In this document: piece by piece, positions 50,478-62,326 of the stretch | Position numbering within the stretch: the stretch's first letter is position 1 | Layout: every line of letters starts with the position of its first letter | Source: Macrostomum hystrix | Lineage: Eukaryota; Animalia; Platyhelminthes | DNA length: 64,000 bases | Direction: 5' to 3' | Assembly (NCBI GenBank): GCA_950097015.1 | Contig: CATNEN010000038.1 | Span: 32,426,001-32,490,000 of the forward strand | Translations under genes and position numbers: made by a program | The notes under the pieces: model-generated | What the model was told of the DNA's origin: nothing | Database searches by the model: none | The model's input: only the letters and a program-made list of their open reading frames with translations

Positions 50478-52357
50478 TCGTCCGGACTTCTTTGATGATT
50501 GGCCATGTCAGCTACTGAACTGAATGGGACTGTGGCTTTGTGCAATGAACAGTCATGCTAAGGTTAGCTACTGTTTGTGCTCGAATATAAACTTTAAAAA
50601 AAACTTAGTTTTTGTTCAGAATATTTTCAAATAAAACTGAAATAATAAAAATAATTTTTCGAAGCCTTTTACTTTTTATACCACTTTTAAGGAATTGGAG
50701 TGTTAATTAGCACAACAATGTTACATCGCGACAAATTTAACGTCACAAAATCTTGTCGATATGGTAATCTTTTTTGTCTTACTATATTCATATAAGTAAC
50801 AACTAGCTAATATATTATAATCAGTAAAATTATTGCAAATTTGAAGCAAAAATAGAAAGCTAAATGTTTTTTGATTTCATAGCAATTCAATGGCCACTTC
50901 CTGTTGAATGCATGCCCAGACTAAAGCAACATCCGGACGTTGAATTGATATTGGCTGCACTGCCGGAAGTGTTACCACATGTGGCCAGACTGCCATCCGA
51001 AAATGTACCAGATCTCGGATAAACTTATATTATTTTTCAAACTAATAATTTTGCTGTGATTTAGCAGTCATATGCCAAGTCCACTAGTCCCTAACTGGCT
51101 GGAATGTTTTTAATAACAGCAGCTTTCCAATAAACGAGTCACCCCTATCTCTATTGAAGTAGATATATTCTATCAGTGCTGCCGACTATTGATCTAGAGA
51201 TTAACATCATTTCGATACTTACGTTTGAATGCTTATCATTAAAATCTAGTTTTCGTTGAAAATGTAATAGAAATTAGTTATTCCAGACAATAAAATAAAT
51301 TTGTGAGTCGTTAAATTCATAATAAAATCATGTTTACTGCATTAATATATATTAGAGAAAAGTGGCATTATTATGTTTCTGTACCAGTTTCCTAGGGTGT
51401 GTCAAAGGCTAATGTGGATGCTGGTATTTTCTCCGAACCAGAGAGCAGAAAGTTAAAGCCAATTATGACATGACAACCTAAAGTATGGCACAATGGCGAT
51501 ACCAAAAGCGGAGATGCGCCCTGGATTCCTATGTCCCAGGCGACATAATACGGTAGATTTGATAACTCGTAATAGAATACTTGCTTTTCTAAAAATTCGC
51601 GAACAGTAATGGTATTTTTATTGATTTCTGCGAAGCAAATTTACAAAAAAGCAGACTCATTGCAGCTTTTTAATTATTCGCACGGATGTTGAATCGAGAC
51701 TTAAAATGAAGGGACGTTACTCCCACGACCCCACCCGGGGGAGAAAACCTGAGACCCCTCGTAACAATTCTTAATCGCCTGCAAGTTAGTATAGAGCTTA
51801 TCCACTACACTCCACGCGGATGTTCACGCGATTGGAAACCCCAATTAACCGATATGTGATCATGAGATAGTCGAGAAGAAACGCGAAGTGTGGCCACGTG
51901 TGATCAAAAATATAGCCACGTGTTTCTAATACGAGCTATTTGCCTCATCAGTCCATAACTTTTAATGGGTGACAGACATTTGAAGCGTGCAACTACGAGC
52001 TATGATGTATTGCGCGCACCCAGGTCATAGGCATTTGTTACACGGATATAGCAACTTTGTACCTCAGTAATATGAGAAAAGTTGAAGTGTTACTTTTTAA
52101 AGCACCAGAAAGAGGCAGTATAATATACAACAGTTTCAATCGAAATACGGATCAGGTTAATAAAACGATTTCTCGATAAAAGAAGAGGTAGAAAGCAAGC
52201 AATTAACATTGTAAATTTTGAAGAGATGCTTTAGATTTTTGGATTTGTGATTGTCCTTTTTATTTTGTTTTCTTTGCACACGTCTTGTTGACAGCTTAGA
52301 CAAAAAAACGAAAAACTAAATTAAAAAATATGCATTCTAACAAAAGTGTTTTAATTA

Positions 52358-52955
52358 TGTTACTGTTCTGCTATGTTCTGTTACTTATTAAATTTTCCCA
52401 TTTTCTTTAATTAGGCTTGTCATTGATTTTCATTACCCGCACGCAATGGTTTTCTACCTTTTTACTGTCCGTGTGCAAATCGCGTCTGCAGAACAGCCCT
52501 CCTCTTTGTGCATCTGAAGATTACTTGCAGAAACCTAAATATCAGCATCTTTGGTGCGAGAGGCACCAGCCACAGGTGGCACCGAGAACGAGCCCGTGAC
52601 GTGCCGCCCAAAACACAGAAGAAAGGAGAAAACAGCAGGAGAAGCGGCGCCGACAGTCGAAAGTCACGAAGCAACTGGAGACGGTTGAAAAAATGAACGG
52701 GAGCTGAGGGAATAGAAACACAAAGACGAAAGAGGAGGGGCATGAGCATCGGCAGAAAGAGAAAATGAGAAAGCTCACAGTAAACCAATGAAGATTGTAA
52801 CGTTGTCCAGTTTTGAGAAATGGCGTCCCACTGCGCAATATAAAAGTGGGTTCTCGTTCACTTAGTGTAGTTACTTAGCGAAGTAGCTTGCAAGGAAACA
52901 AGTTTCTTCTGGCCAGGAGAAGACGACGAGGAAGCCATGATGCTACACCTTAACA
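52358..52955 (+). mobile_element. Possible solo LTR
   Basis: TGTTA...TAACA ends, CCAAT box and AATATAAAAG; no TSD. Confidence 0.3.
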
Positions 52956-53225
52956 TGTAGCAATATTCAATATCATATATTATTAGTATTAGCATAATTT
53001 AGTATTTAATATTAAGGAATTAGACGGATTGAAAAAAATAAATTTTCATCAAAGACATGTTGATGAAGCCATATTAAACGGACAAAAACATTATTTTAGG
53101 GCAGTCAAAGCAGGCAGAAAATCTGCAGAGGTATAAATAAGCTACAAAATACGCATCGGCAACATCGGCCTTGTTTAGGCTTAAAGGCTTTTCAAGACGC
53201 AAAAAATCTGGAACAGGCTTTAGAC

Positions 53226-54565
53226 ATGAGTCTAACTCAGTACGTTGGGAACCCTGATGGTAAGCTGAACGAGACCACTTTGCAAATGGTCAGTTATATA
53301 CGGAACAGTATCATAAAGACAAAAGTAGTGGCTGACTAAACTACTTTTAGGATACTTGGAACTAATGCGCAGAGCCACCAACTATACGGTCTCTGTTGAA
53401 ATCATATCAAGATGGTACAGTGTTATGGTGCAGAGATACTGGCTACGAATTCTAAAGTATGGAGTTGGATGGTCCAAAGCTGTCGGCTTCCCTCTCGGCC
53501 TACTGCTCCAGATACTCACCGTCATTTTCCTGGCTCGTGGAAACACTGGCTTCTCAAGGTCAGCCAGAAAATGGTTCTTGATCGTTGTCTGTGCAGATAT
53601 TGCGGGCACCGTCTACCGCCTTTACGAACTGCTTGAGGAAGACTTTTACTATGCCAGTCCGTCTGCATCGGGAGGACCTGGTTATGACATAATGTTTCTG
53701 ATGTGGGGTCTGAGGAACTGGGATCACAGGTTCATCCAGAATGTGATGTGCCGCGTGTTCTTCATCATCATTTACTTCCCACTCTACCTGTCTCCGATGG
53801 CCCTGACCATCAGCTCGATGATTCGCTGCTACTGCGTCAAGTTTCCGCTCGAATCGAAAGCCAAACTGACCAGCCGTCTCGACATTGGCCTGATCCTCCT
53901 GGCTTCGTTCCTGGCCCTAGCCGTCTCCACAGTTCTCGGCGCCCTGATCATTGAAGGAGTGGCTGGAAGAGCTACTATTAAAATCAATAATGTCCAAGTT
54001 CTCCTTGGAAGGTGCGATCTGCCGACATATCAGTGGGTTAACGTTGATCGGCTTTTGCAGTCCATAGGTTTCATTTTTACTCTGATGGTGACATTTTTCA
54101 TTTGCTTTTTGAACATGCTGTCAGCCACCATTATAATCGTAGTGCTGTTCCAGTCTAGGCGAGACAGAGTTCTCATGTCATCGAATGCTGCCTCCGAGAA
54201 GCCGGAGATTCGAGCCACCGCCAGGTTGCTGGCCATGAACGTCACGCTGCTCATCTGCTTCTTCTTCTCCCGACTGCTCCTCGTCGTCAGCACGAGGATC
54301 GACAACATCGCGGACCCCGTCTTGTGTAAGATTCGTGGCCTCTATTTAGCTTTGAGTGAGTTCCTCACTGGAAGCTGGCTGTAACTCCCGCTGCCTTGCA
54401 GATTCCGTATTCGATCGAGTCTCAGCGTTTCTGGTCCACATTCCGTATTTCACCAATTCGCTGTTTATCGCCGGTCTGTCCAGAAGCTTCTACAGATTCT
54501 ACCTGCCCTTCTTGAGGGGTGCGAAGCTGAGGCTGACGTCCTCCGGCAGCCAGAAAACCATATAA
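53226..54565 (+). CDS. Orphan 7TM receptor, paralogue 4; exons 53226-53259, 53351-54325, 54402-54565 (390 aa)
   Basis: MSLTQYVGNPDG|gtaag..ttttag|GYLEL; same intron phases; TATAAATA at 53132. Confidence 0.92.
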
Positions 54566-55379
54566 TGAGTCATGTGGCGTGAAATGACTATTTCGTGAAT
54601 TTTACTTTGAAAAGTGACTGACACGAGCGAATATGACTTTCAGGATTTTTTATTTAGTGCATAAAATACTAGAGAAAGTATTGATCGCTCTTTCAGTAAT
54701 TTTCCTCTCTTGTGCATTTTTGAGGAGCCTAATTAGAATCACCTATAAATATCATGTTAAACTTAGTAGCAGTAGTAAACCGAGCAGAGAAGAGGAATAG
54801 TCTAGAGTACTCCACTTTTTTCAGAAAAAACGTCTACTTAAGATTAACTACTTAGGAAATATGCATTGCCGAACAGTGAATTTGATGACAAGTTTTGTAG
54901 TTTTGTAGTTTTGCAAGATTAAAAAACTTGATGGTTGAAAATTTCTTATCTTTGAACTGCGTTAATTTTAGAATCAGTAAGGTTGTCAGTTCAATGATTA
55001 ACTGCTCGTGCTGATAGTATGCCGCTATTTTGATATTTAGAAGGACTGACTTTTCAGCTTATATATCAAGCATCAAATAATAATAAAATATGGAATAACT
55101 CTTAGCAACAGCTTGTTGATTATAGCGGAAAGTTTTTCTATGCCCTAACACAAGTAATGTCAAACTGAGCGTCAGCGTAATAAAGGACAAAATTCTGCAT
55201 GTGGATTGAAGGATTGGATCGCATGACTTTCGATTCATGGAAAAGTAGTTAAAAGCTGAGCTTATGTGAATAATTAATATAAGAGATGGCTAGGGCCTTT
55301 TCTGAACAAAATTCATCCAGTGCGAGCCATTTGAGCCATCTGCAGGCGATGTTAACGCAAAAGCGGCCCGCCGTCAGCA

Positions 55380-55730
55380 AGACCCTCTCCCGCCAGGCCG
55401 TCATCTAGACCAGCTGCCGCCGAAGCCGTCGCCATTCCACAGCACTGAAATCGCAATCTTGCCTTGGTCCTCGGCCCTCTCCTCCGGACGCCTGGACTTG
55501 GCCGCGGCCATCAATAAACCACCTGTCACCTGTCACCGATTGAGCCTCAAGGACTGTGACTCTTGTCCCGAGAGTCGAGCGCCCGAAAAATTCGACTATC
55601 TCTTCAGGCAATTCTCCATGCATGACATTGAGCGAATGCGATTTTTCAGGAACAATGACCCCCGCCGGCACGCCCTGTGCCGCCTCACCCCCGTGAGAGG
55701 TGGGGGCGCTGGCCCCCGCACCTTTATTAG
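55380..55730 (+). mobile_element. Degenerate LINE 3' end (C-terminal Cys/His region)
   Basis: HRLSLKDCDSCPESRAPEKFDYLFRQFS resembles the H.LGL.DS..C..C..PET..H...C motif of I-group LINEs; GC-rich island. Confidence 0.45.
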
Positions 55731-56684
55731 CGCCGCAGCGCTAACCGGCGCGCTGAGAACCAGAAGAATAAGTACATCCTGCACCGACTTTGGACAGTAA
55801 GCAGGATGATTTGGTCTACCAAACGGAGTCACTGACGATGCAGTTAAATTTCACTTAGATGGTTCACATGCCATACCGAGTAGGTGACTCGCATGTCACT
55901 GCTTGAGCTAATGTATCTACATTCGTGTCTCAGCGCCGCCCTGAGGCGAACAGTTAAGGACCTCAGATTGCTGGCTGCTCGTACAGAACAAAAGCAACAA
56001 TCTTTAAAGAAAGCGGTGCCATTGTTTGCCCCATGGGCACCCTGAAGGTTGTCTCGAAAGAGCCCGCAATAATGTCGGAGACCACCTGCTCTGGTGCGCA
56101 CGGAGCACAGCCTCTGTGACAGTCGATTGTTTTTCAACTGTTGATGACGATGACAATAAGGTTCCATTAAGCAGGGCCTGATGTGAGAATGAAATTTGAT
56201 TTGAAAGAGCCAGTGTCTGCGTCGATTTTCCCCGTTGGGCAAAACGTTGTCAAAACGTTCGCAGGTACGTGCAGAAATACGACACAGTTAGTAGTCCCGA
56301 ACTGACGCATCTGACTCTTCTGCGAAGACCACCAGCAAGTCTTGTGCAGTTGAAAGTGTTTCCACATCAACTGCACGTTTTTACTGACGCCGTTGCATAC
56401 ATATAAAAAAGCAAAAAAGAATTCGGATTGGGTACCGATCCATATCCAACTAGAATCATCCAAACATAAAGCAAAAATAATTCCTTTCAAATCAAAGAGA
56501 TTTACGAGTATTTGACTTCACAAAGGCTTCTTCTCACGGAAGCCAAGGCCACCCACAAAGTATCCCGAGCTATTTATTACAAGCCTGCTTGCTGACTTGA
56601 TAAGCATTTCAACTGACACATCAAGAAAGCGCTACACGACTGTGCCTTCAAACAAACAGCTTTCTTATTCCGAAGCGCTTCAAA

Positions 56685-57990
56685 ATGAGCGACTTCCAGT
56701 ATGTCGGAGATCCTGAAGGTGAGTGTGCACTGTGTGCAATATAATAAAAATACTTTTGTTTATGAATCGCTTTACAATTTCAGGCTACAGAATGAAACTG
56801 CAACGGTCAATCAATGTTTCGCTCTCGGAGAAAACTTTTCAACAATTTTATAGCACACTAGTTCAGCTTTACTGGTCAAAAATGATCAAGTTTGGAGTCG
56901 GCTTCTCAAAGACAGTCGGCTTCCCCCTGGGCCTGCTGCTCCAGATCCTCACTGTCATCTTCCTGGTTCGCGGCAACACTGGCTTCTCTAAATCGGCGAA
57001 AAAGTGGTTCCTGGTCATTGTGTGTGCGGACATTGCTGGAACCCTGTATCGAACATACGAGCTGCTCACTGACGACTTCTTCACGGCCCATCCCACTACA
57101 TCAAAAGGGCCAGGGATCGATCTGATGTATTTGATGTGGGGACCCCGGCGTAGAGAGGACGCATTCCTTCAAGATGTCATGTGCCGCGTGTTCTTCATCA
57201 TCCTCTACTTCCCGCTGTACCTGTCGCCCATCGCTCTGACCATCAGCTCGATGATTCGCTGCTACTGCGTCAAGTATCCGCTGGAGGCGAAGGCCAAACT
57301 GACATGGCGTCTCGACACGGGATTGATTATGCTCGCCTCGCTACTGTCTCTGGCCGTGTCAGTCGTTCTTGGAGCTCTGGTCATCAGAGGCACATCTTTT
57401 TTTGTCTTGACATCAGTGAACGGCATACAGATGTTCTTAGGATGGTGCACTGTTCCGTCATACCTAAACTACAATTCAGATAAAGGACTGCAGTCGATCG
57501 GCTTCATTTTCATGCTAGTCGTGAACTTCCTGATTTGCCTTTTCAACATGCTGGCTGCCACCATCATAATCACAGTGCTGTTCCAGTCTAAGAGGTCCCG
57601 CTTTCTGATGTCGACAGGCGTGGCCGATGATAAAATGGAGGCTCGAGCCACCGCCAGGTTGCTGGGGATGAACGTCACGCTGCTCATCTGCTTCTTCTTC
57701 TCCCGACTGCTTCTCGTCACCACTACAAGGATCGACAACGTCGCGGATCCCATCTTGTGTGAGTTTTGCACCTATGGTTCACCCACCCACATTGTCCTTC
57801 TTTAGCACCCTCTCAAACATTTTCAGATTCGGTATTCGATCGAGTGGCCGCGTTCTTGGTTCACATTCCGTATTTCACGAACTCGCTGTTCATTGCCGGT
57901 GTGTCGAGAAGCTTCTTCGAGTTCTTTTTGCCCTGCATCCTGAGCTCGAAACCAAGGCTGTCTGAGACCGACAGTCAGAAGATTTTTTGA
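56685..57990 (+). CDS. Orphan 7TM receptor, paralogue 5; exons 56685-56718, 56784-57758, 57827-57990 (390 aa)
   Basis: MSDFQYVGDPEG|gtgagt..tttcag|GYRMK; DPIL-T|gtgagt..tttcag|AT. Confidence 0.92.
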
Positions 57991-58584
57991 TTAAAAAGGT
58001 AGCGAGGACTTATCTGATTTTTTGGAGCGGACAAATCGTACTGATTTTGATGTTCTTTAGTGACCTACAAGACAAAATTCTTTGTTGGATATAACGTTAT
58101 TTGAAATAATTTGTTTGATTTACTACAAATATAAAATTGATCAATCGTCGAAGTATGCCTTTGCTTGTGTTGTGTTCATCACCAGAAACGAATATACGTA
58201 ATTTTTTCACATATTAAAACGCATTGTTTATATACGAATAGTGATAAAAACTATTCACGAGGTTTCAAGAAAAACTATAATGTTCGCTCATGGTAGCGAC
58301 TCATCGATCTGATTTACCAGCTAAAGTGATGAATCCAACCGCAACTAAGCGAGGGCAACCGCTGTTTTGTTTCGCTTTTAACCGTTTGGTACAGGAGCCC
58401 TCGCAGACGGAGACTCGGACTAGCCCAAAAAACTAGTGGTCGCAGTGGTCGTTTTTTACGGGGTCACAGGATTCCGTTTTGGTGTTAGCGTAATCTATAG
58501 CGTAATCTATAATTAGATTAGCGTCATCTACCTGTACCTGTGACCCTAGTGAGCAGTTAAATTCTCTGGTTTTCGCGGCGTGGC

Positions 58585-59780
58585 ATGTAGAGTTTGCTAA
58601 GATGCCAGAAGATCGTGTCAGGTTTGTGATTGATGGCGTGGAGAACGGCTTCCGGGTCTCAAACAAGGTTTGAGTCCAGGTACTTCATCAAGATGCAGAA
58701 CCACAATCCAGCTATGGTTCATCAGAAGGCCGTGGAGACCCGGGGTGCTTGAGGAGCTTGAGCGGGACCTCAACAGACGCTGCTCCATGAAAGGATGATC
58801 TGTCTCAAGCGTACCGGTCGTGTGGAGTGCATCCTGACGACCATCGGGTTACAAGTATTAGGTTACAGGTATTTGGTTACCACCGAATTAGGATTCGGCT
58901 TCGAGCGTTCCTGGATGAACCACGGCATCCATTATGGGCCACTGACTCTGTTCTCTACATCAATGAGATTTTTTATTCAAAAGCATGGCTATTCTAATCG
59001 CGCCTTTTTGCACCCTCAAATGTCACAGTGTTTGATCGTGATGATGGATGCTTGGCTCAGGGAGCAGTCTGGCAGCTAACCACACTGGGTTGAACTTTTT
59101 GCCTTTCTAGAAAGCCCGATGCTCAGCTTGAGAATGCGGCTGAGCGGACCCCTTGCCTTTTTGTATATGAAGCCCCATTTTTACTTTGAAGCCTTTGTGA
59201 CTATCGGCAAAACAAAGTTGCCGACCGAAGGAGCTGAAACTCTGGATGTCACATCCGCTGGGCACAGTAGGAACATCCTGACTCCTGCTACAAACTCAAC
59301 CAAAGGGCCGCCGCCAACGTCACCTAGCTCAACGCCACTTCCGGTGCGGCTATAAAGAAATAGCCAAGCAACGGGCCCAAGCGGATGACAACGCCAACGT
59401 TGCAAAGAAGCATGGGTCATTATCCTCGGCAAGGAAGAGCAGCTGGCATCCTTGAATCGACTGGAGGACAGCGTCCTCTGGAAGCTCACTCTGAGAGCCA
59501 AGCGAGATTCGTGCTGTTTGATCTGGCCCAGCGACGCGGAAAAAATGGGGGCTGCGTCTCATCGAGCTGCTGCTCAAGCAAGGCGGCGAGCCACCGAGTG
59601 CAAAGGAGCATTGCGCCTTGTCCAGGCCAAGAGCCCTCCTGCCTCTGCTGCCGTTGATAAGGTTAAGTTTATCAGCGACTGGCTGAGTGACGCCGTGACT
59701 GCGTACCCTCCCCGTGTGTGCTCATTTCTATCAGTTTTTTGGCGTTGGGTGTAACACTCCCGCTCACTTTGTATTCTCGC
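58585..59780 (+). mobile_element. Possible decayed DIRS/Ngaro (tyrosine-recombinase) retrotransposon remnant
   Basis: PEDRVRFVIDGVENGFRV and NHNPAMVHQKAVE resemble the pre-RT motifs of DIRS/Ngaro elements; the rest is highly degenerate. Confidence 0.35.
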
Positions 59781-60665
59781 CAAGCCTCTTGCCTTTGTCT
59801 TGGTTACAACCGATTTATTTAGGTTTCATTTTTAGTCTGCTTACTAACAATACGATGACGTAATCACATGTGACTAAGTGTTTTGCGTGACAGAATATGT
59901 TTTAAAAAACGAATTAAGCGCCTTAATTTGCTAAATTTCTATATACATGCGTATTTTGCTGAATTGGTCTATAAATGCCGGAGAAATAGGAGTTTCTGCG
60001 TCAGCCAAATTATTATAGTTGATAATTGAATATTTTTCAGGGGCCACAGGAGAAAATAACAAGGTTCTCAAAATAGAATGGACCATGTAAACTTACACCC
60101 TAAATTCTGCTTTCAAAACCAGAGGTCGTAATAAAACTTGCGTTACATAAGGAGTTCGTTTGTTAGTTTCCAATTACAAAATCCAGTAATTTTATACGAG
60201 TGTATTTGATAGAGAATCACGATACACTCTAAATGAAATAAGAGAAAAACAATATCTCAAAAACATTTCAAATGGCTGCTTCACTTTGAGCTTACTTTCT
60301 ATTGACGCAAGAAAAGCTGGTTAAGAATTAATAACTGCCTGCGCTTTTACCGAAGCCCTGCAGCTAAAAAACTAGAAGCACGATTCCTGGAATGGACACA
60401 CCCAACTTTATTCCTCTTGAGTTAAATGCTAACGTCATTAATGAAGCCTCGAACGAAGAAAACAAAGCATATCATCAAATAATCGTGAGACACGGATATA
60501 TTTACACAATGCGCTGCTGCTTTTTAAAGAGGTGGGCCTTAGTTCAGGATTCTATTTAAAAGATTGAAGAAAGAGCCTATAGCGATGTTAAAGGCATCAA
60601 CTGCTTGAGTTCCATAGCCTTGCCATTCAACTGACGCAATACTGCTTCGGGACAAGCAAGCAGTC

Positions 60666-62326
60666 ATGAGTGACTTCACCTTTGTTGGAGACCCTGACGG
60701 TAAGTTGCTGAGATTAACTGAATTGCTTTCTGATCCTAGAAGCTTTATGTACTATCAGCATCACCTAAGAAGAGGTTGAGGCCTTGTGATTAGAGCGTCG
60801 GACTCATGACTTGAAGGTCGGGAGTTCGATTTCCGACTCCACTGAAAAAAATTGTGCCCTTTAGCGCGACACTTAACTCTACATTGCTTCAATTCAGCCA
60901 GCTGTTAAATGAGTTCCAGCATTAGCTGGGATAATTGAAGATGAGTGTGGCGTTCCCCCAGTCCATGGACTGAGCAGCTTAGCTGTACGCAGTCTTCAGA
61001 TGCGCCGCGCAATAGCTGCGGCTGTGCTATCGGCTGCACATCTGGCCCAATTGAGGGAGGTGTTATCAATTATTATAATATATGAATTTAAAATCACATT
61101 CCACTTTGACTCAATCAAGGCTTCAGAAACAGCTTACTGCGTGTGACAAATTTTACAATAAGTGAGCTACAAATCAAAAAGATGTATTCATACATGATAC
61201 AAACGTACTGGTCAAGAATGATCAAGTTTGGAGTCGGCTTCTCAAAGACCGTCGGCTTCCCCCTGGGCCTGCTGCTCCAGATCCTCACTGTCATCTTCCT
61301 GGTTCGCGGCAACACTGGCTTCTCTAAATCGGCGAAAAAGTGGTTCCTGGTCATTGTGTGTGCGGACATTGCTGGAACCCTGTATCGAACATACGAGCTG
61401 CTCACTGACGACTTCTTCACGGCCCATCCCACTACATCAAAAGGGCCAGGGATCGATCTGATGTATTTGATGTGGGGACCCCGGCGTAGAGAGGACGCAT
61501 TCCTTCAAGATGTCATGTGCCGCGTGTTCTTCATCATCCTCTACTTCCCGCTGTACCTGTCGCCCATCGCTCTGACCATCAGCTCGATGATTCGCTGCTA
61601 CTGCGTCAAGTATCCGCTGGAGGCGAAGGCCAAACTGACATGGCGTCTCGACACGGGATTGATTATGCTCGCCTCGCTACTGTCTCTGGCCGTGTCAGTC
61701 GTTCTTGGAGCTCTGGTCATCAGAGGCACATCCCTGTTTTTCTTGACGTCGGTGAATGGCATACAGATGTTCTTAGGATGGTGCAGTGTTCCAACTTACT
61801 CGGATTATAACTCCATGAAGGGACTGCAGTCGATCGGTTTTATTTTCATGCTTGTCGTGAACTTCCTGATTTGCCTTTTCAACATGCTGGCTGCCACCAT
61901 CATAATCACAGTGCTGTTCCAGTCTAAGAGGTCCCGCTTTCTGATGTCGACAGGCGTGGCCGATGATAAAATGGAGGCTCGAGCCACTGCCAGGTTGCTG
62001 GGGATGAACGTCACGCTGCTCATCTGCTTCTTCTTCTCCCGACTGCTTCTCGTCACCACTACAAGGATCGACAACGTCGCAGATCCCATCTTGTGTGAGT
62101 TTTGCACCTATGGTTCACCTACCCACATTGTCCTTCTTTAGCAACCTCTCAAACATTTTCAGATTCGGTATTCGATCGAGTGGCCGCGTTCTTGGTTCAC
62201 ATTCCGTATTTCACGAACTCGCTGTTCATTGCCGGTGTGTCGAGAAGCTTCTTCGAGTTCTATTTGCCCTGCATCCTGAGCTCGAAGCCAAGGCTGTCTG
62301 AGACCAACAGTCAGAACACGTTTTGA
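60666..62326 (+). CDS. Orphan 7TM receptor, paralogue 6; exons 60666-60699, 61120-62094, 62163-62326 (390 aa)
   Basis: MSDFTFVGDPDG|gtaag; the 420-nt intron 1 contains a SINE; acceptor caatcaag|GC gives GFRNSLLRVTNF in frame and the same 975-nt exon 2. Confidence 0.88.
60772..61080 (+). mobile_element. tRNA(Met-like)-derived SINE in intron 1 of receptor 6
   Basis: Head AGAGCGTCGGACTCATGACTTGAAGGTCGGGAGTTCGATTTCC with A/B boxes and a CAT anticodon-like loop; central GTGCCCTT..CACTTAAC..CATTGCTTC..CAGCTGTTAAATG block typical of metazoan SINE2s; AT-rich tail. Confidence 0.8.

Noticed and set aside
55844-56490. Coding fragments on the minus strand (LDDSSWIWIGTQ...)
   Set aside because: No identifiable family or consistent exon structure.
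60772-60842. Functional tRNA-Met gene
   Set aside because: Acceptor and D stems do not pair well, and the sequence continues into a SINE body with other copies in the window.
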